DNA of 60,789 nt, taken from positions 1 through 60,789 of IMG/VR virus record IMGVR_UViG_3300033485_000012, one strand, 5' to 3'. The DNA comes from a virus. Lineage: Duplodnaviria; Caudoviricetes. The notes beneath the pieces are model-generated. The model searched no databases. It saw only the letters and a list, made by a program, of their open reading frames with translations, and was not told the DNA's origin. The position numbers and the translations under genes were made by a program. The stretch's first letter is position 1; the number at the start of each line of letters is the position of its first letter. Of the stretch, positions 49,750 through 59,196 are shown piece after piece.

Positions 49750-50844
49750 ATGGACTTCCCTACACTATACAAGAAGACGGCCACTGGTGCCTTGCAGTAC
49801 TGGCGCATCTACACTGAAAACAGCACTGTCGTGACCGAATGGAGTCAAATCGACGGAGCGGCCCAGGTGACTACAGACACCATCACCAAAGGCAAAAACA
49901 TCGGACGGTCTAACGAGACCACCGCCACCCAACAGGCTGACGCCGAAGCGCTGTCTCAATGGGAGAAGAAACTCAAGAAGGGGTACTGCAAGACCTTGCA
50001 GGAGGCTATCGCCGGCAAGGTCGACGAGTGTGTTGCTGGCGGTGTATTCCCCATGTTGGCCCACAAGTACTCCGAAAAAGCCGGCAAGATCCAGTGGCCG
50101 GCGTACGCCCAACCCAAGTTCGACGGACATAGGTGTATTGGTGTAGTCGAAAATGGCAAGGCTTCGCTTTGGAGCCGGACGCGCAAGCCGATTACAGGGC
50201 TGCCGCACATCGTTGCCGCTCTGGAAAAACTCGGAGTGGATTGTGTGGTAGATGGTGAACTTTACAATCATGATTACCGACACAACTTCGAGGAGCTGAC
50301 GAGCTTCATCCGCAACGCCAACCCCAAACCGGGCCACGAAGTCGTGCAGTACCACATCTATGACGTCGTCATGGACGGATCGTTCGATACACGCCACAAG
50401 TTTATCCGGTCGCTCAACTTGACTCTCCCTCTGGTGCCGGTAGAGACTGTCGTATCGATGGACGAAGACGCACTCATGTTGGAGTTCGAGAGATTCCTCT
50501 CGTTGGGTTACGAAGGTTGTATGGTTCGTAACATGCAAGGGCCATACGTCAACAAGCGATCGGCAGATTTGCTCAAGGTCAAGGAGTTCGATTCCAGCGA
50601 GTTCAAGGTGGTTGGGATCGAAGAGGGACGTGGTAAGTTGGCTGGACACGCGATTTTTGTGTGCGACGCCAATGGCACTCAATTCCGCACCAAGATGAAA
50701 GGCGAAACGTCGCGCCTCAAAGAATACTTCGAGAACCCCACGTCGGTCATCGGACGGATGTTGGAGGTGAAGTATCAAGGCCTGACGAACAAGGCTGGCG
50801 TACCGCGCTTTCCGGTTGCACTCCGCTTTCGAGATGACGTATAA
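49750..50844 (+). CDS. ATP-dependent DNA ligase
   Basis: QPKFDGHR (motif I), DGELY, YEGCMVR, Y..KRS.DLLKVK, PRFP. Confidence 0.93.
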   Translation: MDFPTLYKKTATGALQYWRIYTENSTVVTEWSQIDGAAQVTTDTITKGKNIGRSNETTATQQADAEALSQWEKKLKKGYCKTLQEAIAGKVDECVAGGVFPMLAHKYSEKAGKIQWPAYAQPKFDGHRCIGVVENGKASLWSRTRKPITGLPHIVAALEKLGVDCVVDGELYNHDYRHNFEELTSFIRNANPKPGHEVVQYHIYDVVMDGSFDTRHKFIRSLNLTLPLVPVETVVSMDEDALMLEFERFLSLGYEGCMVRNMQGPYVNKRSADLLKVKEFDSSEFKVVGIEEGRGKLAGHAIFVCDANGTQFRTKMKGETSRLKEYFENPTSVIGRMLEVKYQGLTNKAGVPRFPVALRFRDDV

Positions 50845-50852
50845 GGACCACC

Positions 50853-51716
50853 ATGAATTGCTCAGATTTACACAAATCCGTCATGATTAAATCACTTCCA
50901 CCCCACAAGTCCGAGAATTGGTCGTTGTATCAAGGCGATTCGATTGGCATTCTCGACACCTTCAAGCCTCAAATTTTCGACATGGTATTCGTCGACCCGC
51001 CGTACTTCCTTTCGAACGGTGGATCCACGTGCCAGTCCGGGAAGCGGGTATCGGTCAATAAGGGCGATTGGGATGCCAGCAAGGGGGTCGACGCCGATCG
51101 CACCTTTGTGACATCTTGGCTGAAGGCCTGCCAACGCGTGCTGAAGCCCTCAGGAACGATCTGGGTGACCGGTACACAACACATCATCTTCAACATTGGA
51201 TTTGCTATGCAACAGCTGGGCTACAAGCTGCTCAATACTGTTACTTGGTACAAGCCCAATGCCAGTCCGAATTTGGCGTGTCGGTACTTCACCCACTCAA
51301 CCGAGATTATCGTTTGGGCGTCACCTGGCGAAAGCAAGCCTCTGAAGCACACCTTCAACTACCAGGATATGAAGGCCGTCAACGGTGGCAAGCAGATGCG
51401 TGACGTGTGGACGTTCCCTCGCACAGGTGAAGAAGAGATCTCCGACGATGGAGAGGGTCGCATGTGGAGTTTGACGGCCCCCAAGCCGGCCGAGAAGAAG
51501 TTCGGCAAGCACCCCACTCAGAAGCCCTTAGCGTTGCTCGAGCGCATTATCGCAGCCAGCACTACTGAAAACGCCCTGGTGCTCGACCCGTTCTGCGGTA
51601 GTGGCACGACCGGAGTTGCGGCGGTAGCCCAAGGGCGGCGTTTCATTGGAATTGATTCCGATCCTGACTGTATCTCGCTTACACAGAAGCGGCTGGAATT
51701 TAGCACATCACCATGA
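50853..51716 (+). CDS. DNA amino-methyltransferase, beta class (DpnA/M2.DpnII-like)
   Basis: DPPY, SVNKG.WD, HPTQKP, LDPFCGSGTTG. Confidence 0.9.
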   Translation: MNCSDLHKSVMIKSLPPHKSENWSLYQGDSIGILDTFKPQIFDMVFVDPPYFLSNGGSTCQSGKRVSVNKGDWDASKGVDADRTFVTSWLKACQRVLKPSGTIWVTGTQHIIFNIGFAMQQLGYKLLNTVTWYKPNASPNLACRYFTHSTEIIVWASPGESKPLKHTFNYQDMKAVNGGKQMRDVWTFPRTGEEEISDDGEGRMWSLTAPKPAEKKFGKHPTQKPLALLERIIAASTTENALVLDPFCGSGTTGVAAVAQGRRFIGIDSDPDCISLTQKRLEFSTSP

Positions 51717-51955
51717 TTACCTTAAAGCCGTTTTGCGAGCCGACCCAGAAGGAATATTTATCGATACCAACCGAACGGCTCGAGCAGATAGCTTCAGATC
51801 CACGACCGCTAATGCGAGGGTTCATCGAACGACATCCCAACACGCCACCACTCGTGAGGTTGTGGTTGAAGACGTACAGAGAAAGTGGTATGACTCTTCA
51901 GGAATTTTTGGAGGCAACACATGAAAAAGTCCGAGTTGCAGAAAGAGCTGAATGA
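51713..51955 (+). CDS. Single-LRV protein with 'MxLxEFL' box
   Basis: HPNTPPLVRLWLKTYRESGMTLQEFLEAT. Confidence 0.7.
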   Translation: MITLKPFCEPTQKEYLSIPTERLEQIASDPRPLMRGFIERHPNTPPLVRLWLKTYRESGMTLQEFLEATHEKVRVAERAE

Positions 51956-52697
51956 ACTTGCAGCTCGTTTGAATGACGCCAACTTCTATGGCGACGACTG
52001 GCAGGACGTAGCTGCGGTCAAAATCGACCTATTGGCCTTGGTCGACAAGTTGCAGGGTGTCAACATCGACAACGAGGACGACTATGACTAATGGTGTTAC
52101 TGACAGCAATCCGGCGTACCCCTTTGGAGTCACCGTCGAAGCGGTGCGTCAAGGCATCATTGTCCGAGGGGTGGTTTCGGATATCTACGGCAAAACACGC
52201 TACCGCATCCGCGGCGAAAGCGTGCATATCTGGTGGGTCCACGTGGATCAAATCATCGGGTATTCCGAATGACCAACATTTATTACTTCCCGAAGGTGTG
52301 CCAGAAGCACTACAAGCCGATTGTGTACGAAATCTGTCACAAGAGATATAAGGGAACCGGGGTATTGCGGTGCCCGGCGTGCTATCCAGATCAGACAATG
52401 ACTCCCGCCGTGGTGTCCGACAAGTATGTGACGGTGGATCACACGAATAGGGCCGCGGATCAACATGGTAGATGTGGGCTGGGAAGTGCCAAATTTGATG
52501 TGTCAGAGCCCGTATACGAGGAGTTTGACGACTTAGATGACGCTCGGAATTACCCCCTGAAAGAGGGTTTTGCACAGCGCCAAGTCGAGGATTGCAAAGT
52601 CGAGGCCGCGGGTTGGCCTGATTGGCCCAGGAAGATTCGCGGGGTGTGACATGCAATTAATTCGCGACATCGGGGTGTTGGGCTTCGTAACCGCCGG

Positions 52698-53903
52698 GTG
52701 GGTGTTATATGCGATCTATTTGACGGCAAATATACTGCTGGGACTGTAATGTCGGGCATCAAGCCAAATTCTCTGGCCGTGAAAGCTCCACACCTTCGAG
52801 GCGAGTGGAGCCCGGAGAATACTGTCAGTTTTGACGATGCGACGTGCGGAGAGCACACGAAGTATAAGTGGGTATGTCCTGCATTTGGACATCCGTATGA
52901 GGCGGCGCCGTACAATCGAGTCGCCAAGAAACCCAAGGGGTGTCCGGAGTGTTCTGGTCGCCGCACATCTATCGTCAATTCGCTGGCCACAAGAGCTCCG
53001 TGGCTTGAGTGTGAGTGGCACCCGGACAATAAAGAAAAGTTTCACGAAACGGCTTATTCCTCTAACAAGAAATGTAAGTGGGTTTGCCGCAAATACAAGC
53101 ATGTGTGGACCGCTACTCCCGCCAATAGAACTGGGAAGATGCGAGGCGGCTGCCCAGACTGCTCACACAGACGCGTATCTGAACTGAACTCACTAGCCAC
53201 AAGAGCTCCGTGGCTTGAGTGTGAGTGGCACCCGGACAATAAAGAAAAGTTTCACGAAGTGGCTTACCGTTCAGGTAAACGCTACAAGTGGAAGTGTTCA
53301 AAGTGTCAACACGTATGGATGGCAACTCCATGCAATCGGACTGCCCCCAACCCTAGAGGGTGTCCAAGGTGCCCAAGAAGACCTAAACCAGCATCCGAAT
53401 ACAACTCTCTTGCAACAAAAGCGCCGCACTTGGAGTGTGAATGGCATATCTCCAATCAAGTCAAATTCCGAGATATGGCATTTAGGTCTGGAGTTAAGTG
53501 CAATTGGATATGCTCCAAAGGGCACGTCTGGGCGGCACCGCCGTACAACAGAACCGCCAGGATTCCATCAGGCTGCCCAGAGTGCGCTATCACCCACTCT
53601 AAGTCCGAGTTGATCGTATTTAATGCTGTACAAGAAAAATATCCGGACGCCGTTAGCGGCCAACGCGGTCTGTTGCGTCCGAAGCAAATGGAATTAGACA
53701 TCTACATACCCTCACTCAAGAAGGCCGTAGAGTATGACGGCACGTATTGGCATTCAAAGCCCGAGGCAAAAGCAAAAGATCAGCGCAAAAACGAACAATG
53801 CGTCCAGACTGGGATCCAACTCTTAAGGATTCCTGAAGCCGAATACGAGACGGACCCACCAGGAACAATCGTCAAGGTTTTGGCGTGGCTCGCAGCCCCA
53901 TAA
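52698..53903 (+). CDS. Zinc-ribbon-repeat endonuclease (homing-endonuclease-like, PD-(D/E)xK/Vsr-type C-terminus)
   Basis: Four NSLA..P.L..EW...W.C..H.W....R...GCP.C repeats; ELDIYIP...AVEYDG.YWH. Confidence 0.8.
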   Translation: MGVICDLFDGKYTAGTVMSGIKPNSLAVKAPHLRGEWSPENTVSFDDATCGEHTKYKWVCPAFGHPYEAAPYNRVAKKPKGCPECSGRRTSIVNSLATRAPWLECEWHPDNKEKFHETAYSSNKKCKWVCRKYKHVWTATPANRTGKMRGGCPDCSHRRVSELNSLATRAPWLECEWHPDNKEKFHEVAYRSGKRYKWKCSKCQHVWMATPCNRTAPNPRGCPRCPRRPKPASEYNSLATKAPHLECEWHISNQVKFRDMAFRSGVKCNWICSKGHVWAAPPYNRTARIPSGCPECAITHSKSELIVFNAVQEKYPDAVSGQRGLLRPKQMELDIYIPSLKKAVEYDGTYWHSKPEAKAKDQRKNEQCVQTGIQLLRIPEAEYETDPPGTIVKVLAWLAAP

Positions 53904-53934
53904 ACAAGAACCCGGGTGACGCCCGGGTTCTTGT
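53904..53934. terminator. Hairpin between convergent genes (probably bidirectional terminator)
   Basis: ACAAGAACCCGGG-TGACG-CCCGGGTTCTTGT, a 13-bp perfect stem. Confidence 0.8.
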
Positions 53935-53954
53935 ACTACATTATGTGCGGAAAT

Positions 53955-56480
53955 TTATGCTGTCTGTGTAACGGCGCTGATGAAGGTCGTGACTGGGAAG
54001 AAGTACAAACATCCAGCGCGCTTAACCTCCAGTGAAATCGTACACGTCGGGCCAGAGATGCTCACGGTAATTCCGCGGTAACCACGGGGGGCATCGGACG
54101 AAGGGGCGATGAGCTTCTTGGACAAAAAGTCTTCCATCACACTTTCAATTGCTTGCACCACTGCGGTGGCGCCGACGTCTGCCACGCTCTTGCCCTTGAA
54201 TCGGCGCTCGATACGCTGAGCCAAACTGAGCGTGATCAAGTCCATAGTATAGACACCTTGGATACTGTTGTAAGTACCTGTAGCGTCATCCTGGCCGTAT
54301 GTAGTTTGATCTGATACAAACTCCCACCCCCCAGACTCGATGCGTCCCATCGGAAGCAGTCCGGCGAGAAGAGCATCTTCTACAGCAGTGTCGTCGCGGT
54401 CATCGTAAGACCCATCAGCCATCAACACACCTGAAGTGTTGACAATCTTACCAAACACGGATTTATAAAAACCCGCGCATTGCATTCCAGCGGCTAGCGA
54501 AGCGGCCATGTACGACTGGAATTGCCCGATCGTGCCGTTCGAAGTGGTCTGCTTCGTATCTTGGAACGTCATAGCAACCCGGTAAGCTGCCATGTTGCTT
54601 GCCGCAGTCTGCGCTTCGGTAAATGAAGTGTTCTTCGAGACGATTGCTTGACGATTGCGGCGCTTCTTGAACTCTGACATCGCGTACACGTGGGTACGTG
54701 CATATGCGTTGACGGAGTCGATGTCGTAGCTAGAAGCCACATCCGTGAGACCGTCTGCCTTGTCGTCGTCCGAATTCCTCGACACGCACGGCACGACGAA
54801 GTTGCAAGTAATTCGGTTCAGAGCGTCGATGCCGGCCGTGAAGTCTGCCGTTGTCGAAGCACCGCGAGCGCCGTTGGCGAGGTACGCCGTGACGGTGGTG
54901 ACCTTGGGGAGGCCTGCGTCGGCTTGGACTGCGTCATTGATCTGAACCATCGAAGACGACGTCGCGACCTTCTGATAGAACCGGTAACCGTCGATCTTGA
55001 TGCGACCGGCCTTTTCGCCGAAGGTGGAGAGAATCCCGCGGGGTATCGAAGTGTTGTCGAGGGTGGTGGAAGGAAGCTGGCCGAGGGTGGCCGTTCCGAC
55101 TGCACACGAATACCCGGACTGCGCGTTGATGTATGTCGCGAGGTCGTTGAGGGTGGGGTAGTCGCGGAGGGTGAGGTCCAGACCTGCGACCGCGTCGATG
55201 GTCGTGGTGAGCTTCGTGTCGGTCACGGTGACGGTTGCTGTGGTAGCACCCGTGTAACCAATCTTCAGGGCGATTTCGCCGCCGGCAGTCATCGACTCAG
55301 AGCGTTGGTCGAGTTGACGCGAAGCGGACAAAGTGGCCTTGTACTCAGCCGCTGAGACAATCAGCTTGGGAGCCGAGGTCTTGGACAGCCAAGTGACTGC
55401 GCCGGTGGTGCCGAGGACAAACGCCATTCGCTCCATGAGGTCTGTGCCGGTGGCGAGCTGTGCGATTTCCAGCGACTTGCCAACGCCATCCACAGGATCG
55501 CCAGCTTCGAGGCTGACAGTCACAGGCGAGTAAACGATGAGGTCGGTGACAGCGGCAATGCTGACGGCGGGCGACACGGTGACCGGCGTGGTGATGGTGC
55601 CGGGGGTTGGGGCAACTGCACCCGCGTCGCTCATCTTGACTGCGCGAAGGGTGGTTGTGGTCGAGGTCGTTACGATGTAAGCGCCGACGTTGGCTGAAGC
55701 TGCACCGACGATTGCCGAGCCGACAGGAATGACGAGCGTGTCACCAGCGACAGGCTGCACAGCCCAAGCGATAGACCGCGTGATGTCGATGACGTTGGCG
55801 CCAGCTCCACCCGGGTTCTGCGTTACGAGCAATGTACCGGCAACCGTCAGTGCGTTGCGATTGACGCCGCCCGTGGCTGCAACACCCGTGAGGCCGTCCA
55901 AAGCTGCGACGAAAGCGGTGGGGGTTGTATTGGCGGTCAGAGTCGACGTGCCAGCGACTGTAGCGCCGTTGGCGATGATGGAATAATTCACCGTGCCGGC
56001 GTTGGGGATGTAGCTGAAGCTGCCCGTGGTGGGGACTGCTTCGGCTGTGTTGGCTGCGACGGAGTACGAGATCAAGTTGCCAGTCTTGCCGTAGTTCTTC
56101 GCCTTGATGGTGGCGTAAGTCCCGGTGTAGCTGGCGAGCGACGCGTAAGCCTGAACGGACGCGTTGGTCTTGATGAAGACGAATCGCGAAGGCGAGCCGG
56201 GGATCTCGGGGTCGAGCGAGGGCTTGGCTGCAGCGCGGAAGGCGTCTACGAGCGGGCCCGAGCCGTACTTGGCCTGGACGGCGCCGAGTTGATCGGGGCC
56301 GAACTTGGCAGTGGCTTCGATGTCTGTCTCGACGCTGAAGCGGGGGCCTTGATCGGCCTCACCGACAAGAGCGATGATGCCGTTGGCTGCGAAGCCTGTG
56401 GCACCTTGCTGGACCACAGCCTGGTTGTAAGCGCCGGGGCGGATAAGATTTCCGTATTGTGTTTGGACTGACTGGGCCAT
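53955..56480 (-). CDS. Tail sheath protein
   Basis: 841 aa; RPGAY...IALVGEAD.GP N-terminus, K.YG..GN.I, C-terminal sheath-like domain. Confidence 0.85.
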   Translation of the reverse strand: MAQSVQTQYGNLIRPGAYNQAVVQQGATGFAANGIIALVGEADQGPRFSVETDIEATAKFGPDQLGAVQAKYGSGPLVDAFRAAAKPSLDPEIPGSPSRFVFIKTNASVQAYASLASYTGTYATIKAKNYGKTGNLISYSVAANTAEAVPTTGSFSYIPNAGTVNYSIIANGATVAGTSTLTANTTPTAFVAALDGLTGVAATGGVNRNALTVAGTLLVTQNPGGAGANVIDITRSIAWAVQPVAGDTLVIPVGSAIVGAASANVGAYIVTTSTTTTLRAVKMSDAGAVAPTPGTITTPVTVSPAVSIAAVTDLIVYSPVTVSLEAGDPVDGVGKSLEIAQLATGTDLMERMAFVLGTTGAVTWLSKTSAPKLIVSAAEYKATLSASRQLDQRSESMTAGGEIALKIGYTGATTATVTVTDTKLTTTIDAVAGLDLTLRDYPTLNDLATYINAQSGYSCAVGTATLGQLPSTTLDNTSIPRGILSTFGEKAGRIKIDGYRFYQKVATSSSMVQINDAVQADAGLPKVTTVTAYLANGARGASTTADFTAGIDALNRITCNFVVPCVSRNSDDDKADGLTDVASSYDIDSVNAYARTHVYAMSEFKKRRNRQAIVSKNTSFTEAQTAASNMAAYRVAMTFQDTKQTTSNGTIGQFQSYMAASLAAGMQCAGFYKSVFGKIVNTSGVLMADGSYDDRDDTAVEDALLAGLLPMGRIESGGWEFVSDQTTYGQDDATGTYNSIQGVYTMDLITLSLAQRIERRFKGKSVADVGATAVVQAIESVMEDFLSKKLIAPSSDAPRGYRGITVSISGPTCTISLEVKRAGCLYFFPVTTFISAVTQTA

Positions 56481-56508
56481 ATTAGTTCTCCTAAAGTGTT
56501 TGTGTTAA

Positions 56509-57378
56509 CTACGTGGATTGCCGTTGCTTACGTCTAGCCCATGCAGCCTTCATTGCCGCACTCTGTCTGGCGTGATGTTCTGGATTTGAAAAGGCGGCCT
56601 TCAGGATGGCGCTGTGGGCGGTACGAAGGTCGGGATCTGCCCAGGTGGCGTTCATCTTCGCTAGATATTCTGGGTTTTCTGCGAGCTTCTTCTTGGCTTC
56701 ACTGACACGAGCGCGCTCTTGGGGGTCGGAGAAACGCTCTTTAGCTGCGACACTTATCTTGGCTCGGTGCTCTGGACTAGCGCAAATAGTCTGCATTTTA
56801 GCGCGAAATTCCGGGTCAGCCCACATCGCCTGCGTTCTAATCCTCGACGCCTCTCTCTCTCGTGGATCCTCAAAACGCCGATTTTGCTTGATTCGGTTGG
56901 TGGCCCCTATTTTTTGCTTAGTCTCTTCAGAGAGCTTGAAGTTTTTCCTAAGACCTCCCTTTTTGTTACCAAGTTGAGCCAGGGACATCTTCGCTCGAGT
57001 CGTCGCGGACTTCTTCTTACCTTTACTTGCCAAAGACATCTTAGCTCGAGTCTCGGCCGACGGAGTCCATCCGGAGTTACTTCGACCCCCGTCGTTACAA
57101 TTCGTCAATTTACACCCCATCGCCCTAAAGTACGCAATCCAAAAAATCTCGGCTTGATCGAGAATGTCTTTGGAGTCTAGTTCCTGAAAAACGACCCAAT
57201 TGGGTTTTAGTCCCAGATTCAACAGGGATGTGATCCAGCAGTCCCTGTGGGCTCGATTTGTCTTTGCTTTCACGAGATGTTGCTTGTATCGGACAATAAT
57301 CGGACGCACGGTCTGACCAACATATCTGAGTTGGCCATCTCGTGGGTCCACTAATCCATATATAGTACAAGTAGCCAC
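56509..57378 (-). CDS. GIY-YIG homing endonuclease with NUMOD3-like repeats
   Basis: IYGLVDPR...RYVGQT....R...H; E..WI; S.ETRAKMS repeats. Confidence 0.88.
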   Translation of the reverse strand: MATCTIYGLVDPRDGQLRYVGQTVRPIIVRYKQHLVKAKTNRAHRDCWITSLLNLGLKPNWVVFQELDSKDILDQAEIFWIAYFRAMGCKLTNCNDGGRSNSGWTPSAETRAKMSLASKGKKKSATTRAKMSLAQLGNKKGGLRKNFKLSEETKQKIGATNRIKQNRRFEDPREREASRIRTQAMWADPEFRAKMQTICASPEHRAKISVAAKERFSDPQERARVSEAKKKLAENPEYLAKMNATWADPDLRTAHSAILKAAFSNPEHHARQSAAMKAAWARRKQRQST

Positions 57379-58091
57379 TACCCACCCATGATTCTGCGAG
57401 ACAGAACCCCGAAAATTCCGGGTTTGGCTGGTGCAGGACGAGCTGCATTGAGGACGGGTCCTGCGGGGGCGGTCGACTTCGGCGCTACGCGGCGCTTCAT
57501 GACGGGGGACAGAGACTGGGCATGCGCAGGAGCCTTTACTTGCGCCATGGACTCCTGGTACATATTGGCGCGAGCTTCGTTCTCTTGTGCGGAAGGAAGT
57601 TTGGCTTGTGGAGCTGAAGTAGTCGGAGCAAGAGCTTGACGGCTGGAATCTGCAAGGAGGTGTTGGCGAGCTTGGTGCTGGGCTGTGCCGGGGTCTGTCT
57701 TGGTCATGTCTTCTGCCTTGGAGGTCGGGACAGTATTGCCCGTGGGGGTTGGGGATTTACCGCTCGGAGGCTTCGCCGTAGGTGGCTCAGACTTCTTCGT
57801 CTTCTTCTTGGCTGGAAGCTTACCGCCCTTGTCGGCGTCAATGAAGTCCTGGCCGACATCCTTCGGAATATCCAACGTCGAGTTCCCGCTAGCGGCTGCA
57901 CCCATGGCGGCGCGCTGTGCTTCGCTGACTGGAGGCTTAGCAAGCGGCTCGGGCGTACACGAAATCGCCTTACAAGTCTTGGAAAGCTCCTTGGCGCGGA
58001 GCTCGGCAATGTCTAGCTCGAACTTCGCCAGACGTTCCTGTGTAGCTGACTTCAAAAACGCTACGGCTTCACTGGGGGTATAATCTGGCAT
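57378..58091 (-). CDS. Late Pro/Ala-rich, probably virion/head protein
   Basis: S.AQ..AM.AAA....IP..VG..F..AD.G.KLP module; GGAG SD; AATCTT upstream. Confidence 0.6.
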   Translation of the reverse strand: MPDYTPSEAVAFLKSATQERLAKFELDIAELRAKELSKTCKAISCTPEPLAKPPVSEAQRAAMGAAASGNSTLDIPKDVGQDFIDADKGGKLPAKKKTKKSEPPTAKPPSGKSPTPTGNTVPTSKAEDMTKTDPGTAQHQARQHLLADSSRQALAPTTSAPQAKLPSAQENEARANMYQESMAQVKAPAHAQSLSPVMKRRVAPKSTAPAGPVLNAARPAPAKPGIFGVLSRRIMGG

Positions 58092-58335
58092 CGACGCTCC
58101 CGAAAATGGGTACGTATGCAAGATTGGGCTTACTTCGTAGCGAGTTCGATAGGCTTGTCGTCAGGAGACGCAACGGCCGGCCAAACCTGATTGCTACCTA
58201 TATAGACAGGCATATCTTGCGGCAGAGCCTTGAGTTTCGACACCACCTCACCTACAGTCGGGGCCTTCCAAATCTTCATGACGCGCTTTACGGTTGCTTT
58301 AAGTAGTGCGGCGGCTTGCTCGGGGGTATATTCCA

Positions 58336-59196
58336 TTAGATCTCCTCGGTTTCCACGTTGAAGAATTCAAGTTTCTGACTGACAGCCTTCGGCCACACTT
58401 CTCGGACATACCCCGTCAAGGTTATGTACCTTGCAAAAGCGATTTCTTCGATCTCTTGATCGCGGTCGAAATCTGCGCTAGAAAACACCGTGCGCTCCAA
58501 TCCGCGGGCTTCGAGCAAAGTTTCTTTGTATCTCAACAAGATGAACTTGATGATGGAATGCAGCCAAGTCAACGTCGTGGGCTCTCCGGCTGTGTGCACT
58601 CCGATGCGGTAGACCTCTTTGTAAACGACCGACTCCAAGTTGAGATCGTAGGCGGGGCGTGTACCTTTGACGACAGCATTACGGAAATTCGCTACAGTGC
58701 CAGCCGCAATCCGGAAGCCATCGCCCAAGACTTCGAGGATTTCATGGGTGGCGCCAGTGGAATCCACCAAAAGCATTCCTTCGGTCAAGATCACCGGGAC
58801 TTCGACCGTGCAAATACCGGTAGACGCGTCGTACACCGGGGTGAACTGCGGAGTCAGCGCTGGCCAATCCCGGTCGTAGTCTTCTTGGGGCTCGTAGTGG
58901 ATGTCGCCGAGAGTCATTTCCGCTTCAGACGACTGGAGAAGCTGGATGGAGATCAGAGGATTTTTCGCTTCATCTAGAATCGGCCGCATCATCACTGGGA
59001 TGTCCGTTTTAAGGAACCAGTCTTTGGCTGTTTGGATTTCCTTGTGGCCGTACGACTTACACGTCAGGGCGTCGTACTTCAGGGACGCAAACACGAAGTC
59101 AAGAAGCCAGGGATTTCGACGCAGATCTCGGATACCCTCCATAATCGCTGTACGGAGGATGATATCTGCCTGAAAAATCCCGACGGCTTCGGACAT
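58336..59196 (-). CDS. Neck/tail-completion-like protein
   Basis: Position upstream of the sheath; coupled start/stop codons. Confidence 0.5.
   Translation of the reverse strand: MSEAVGIFQADIILRTAIMEGIRDLRRNPWLLDFVFASLKYDALTCKSYGHKEIQTAKDWFLKTDIPVMMRPILDEAKNPLISIQLLQSSEAEMTLGDIHYEPQEDYDRDWPALTPQFTPVYDASTGICTVEVPVILTEGMLLVDSTGATHEILEVLGDGFRIAAGTVANFRNAVVKGTRPAYDLNLESVVYKEVYRIGVHTAGEPTTLTWLHSIIKFILLRYKETLLEARGLERTVFSSADFDRDQEIEEIAFARYITLTGYVREVWPKAVSQKLEFFNVETEEI

Noticed and set aside
49765-50778. Long antisense ORFs (also 12753..13580, 59836..60612, 9400..9639)
   Set aside because: Shadow frames of well-supported genes on the opposite strand.
52985-53260. Diversity-generating retroelement TR/VR pair
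   Set aside because: The copies are identical, lie within one ORF, show no adenine-specific mismatches, and no reverse transcriptase is in the window.
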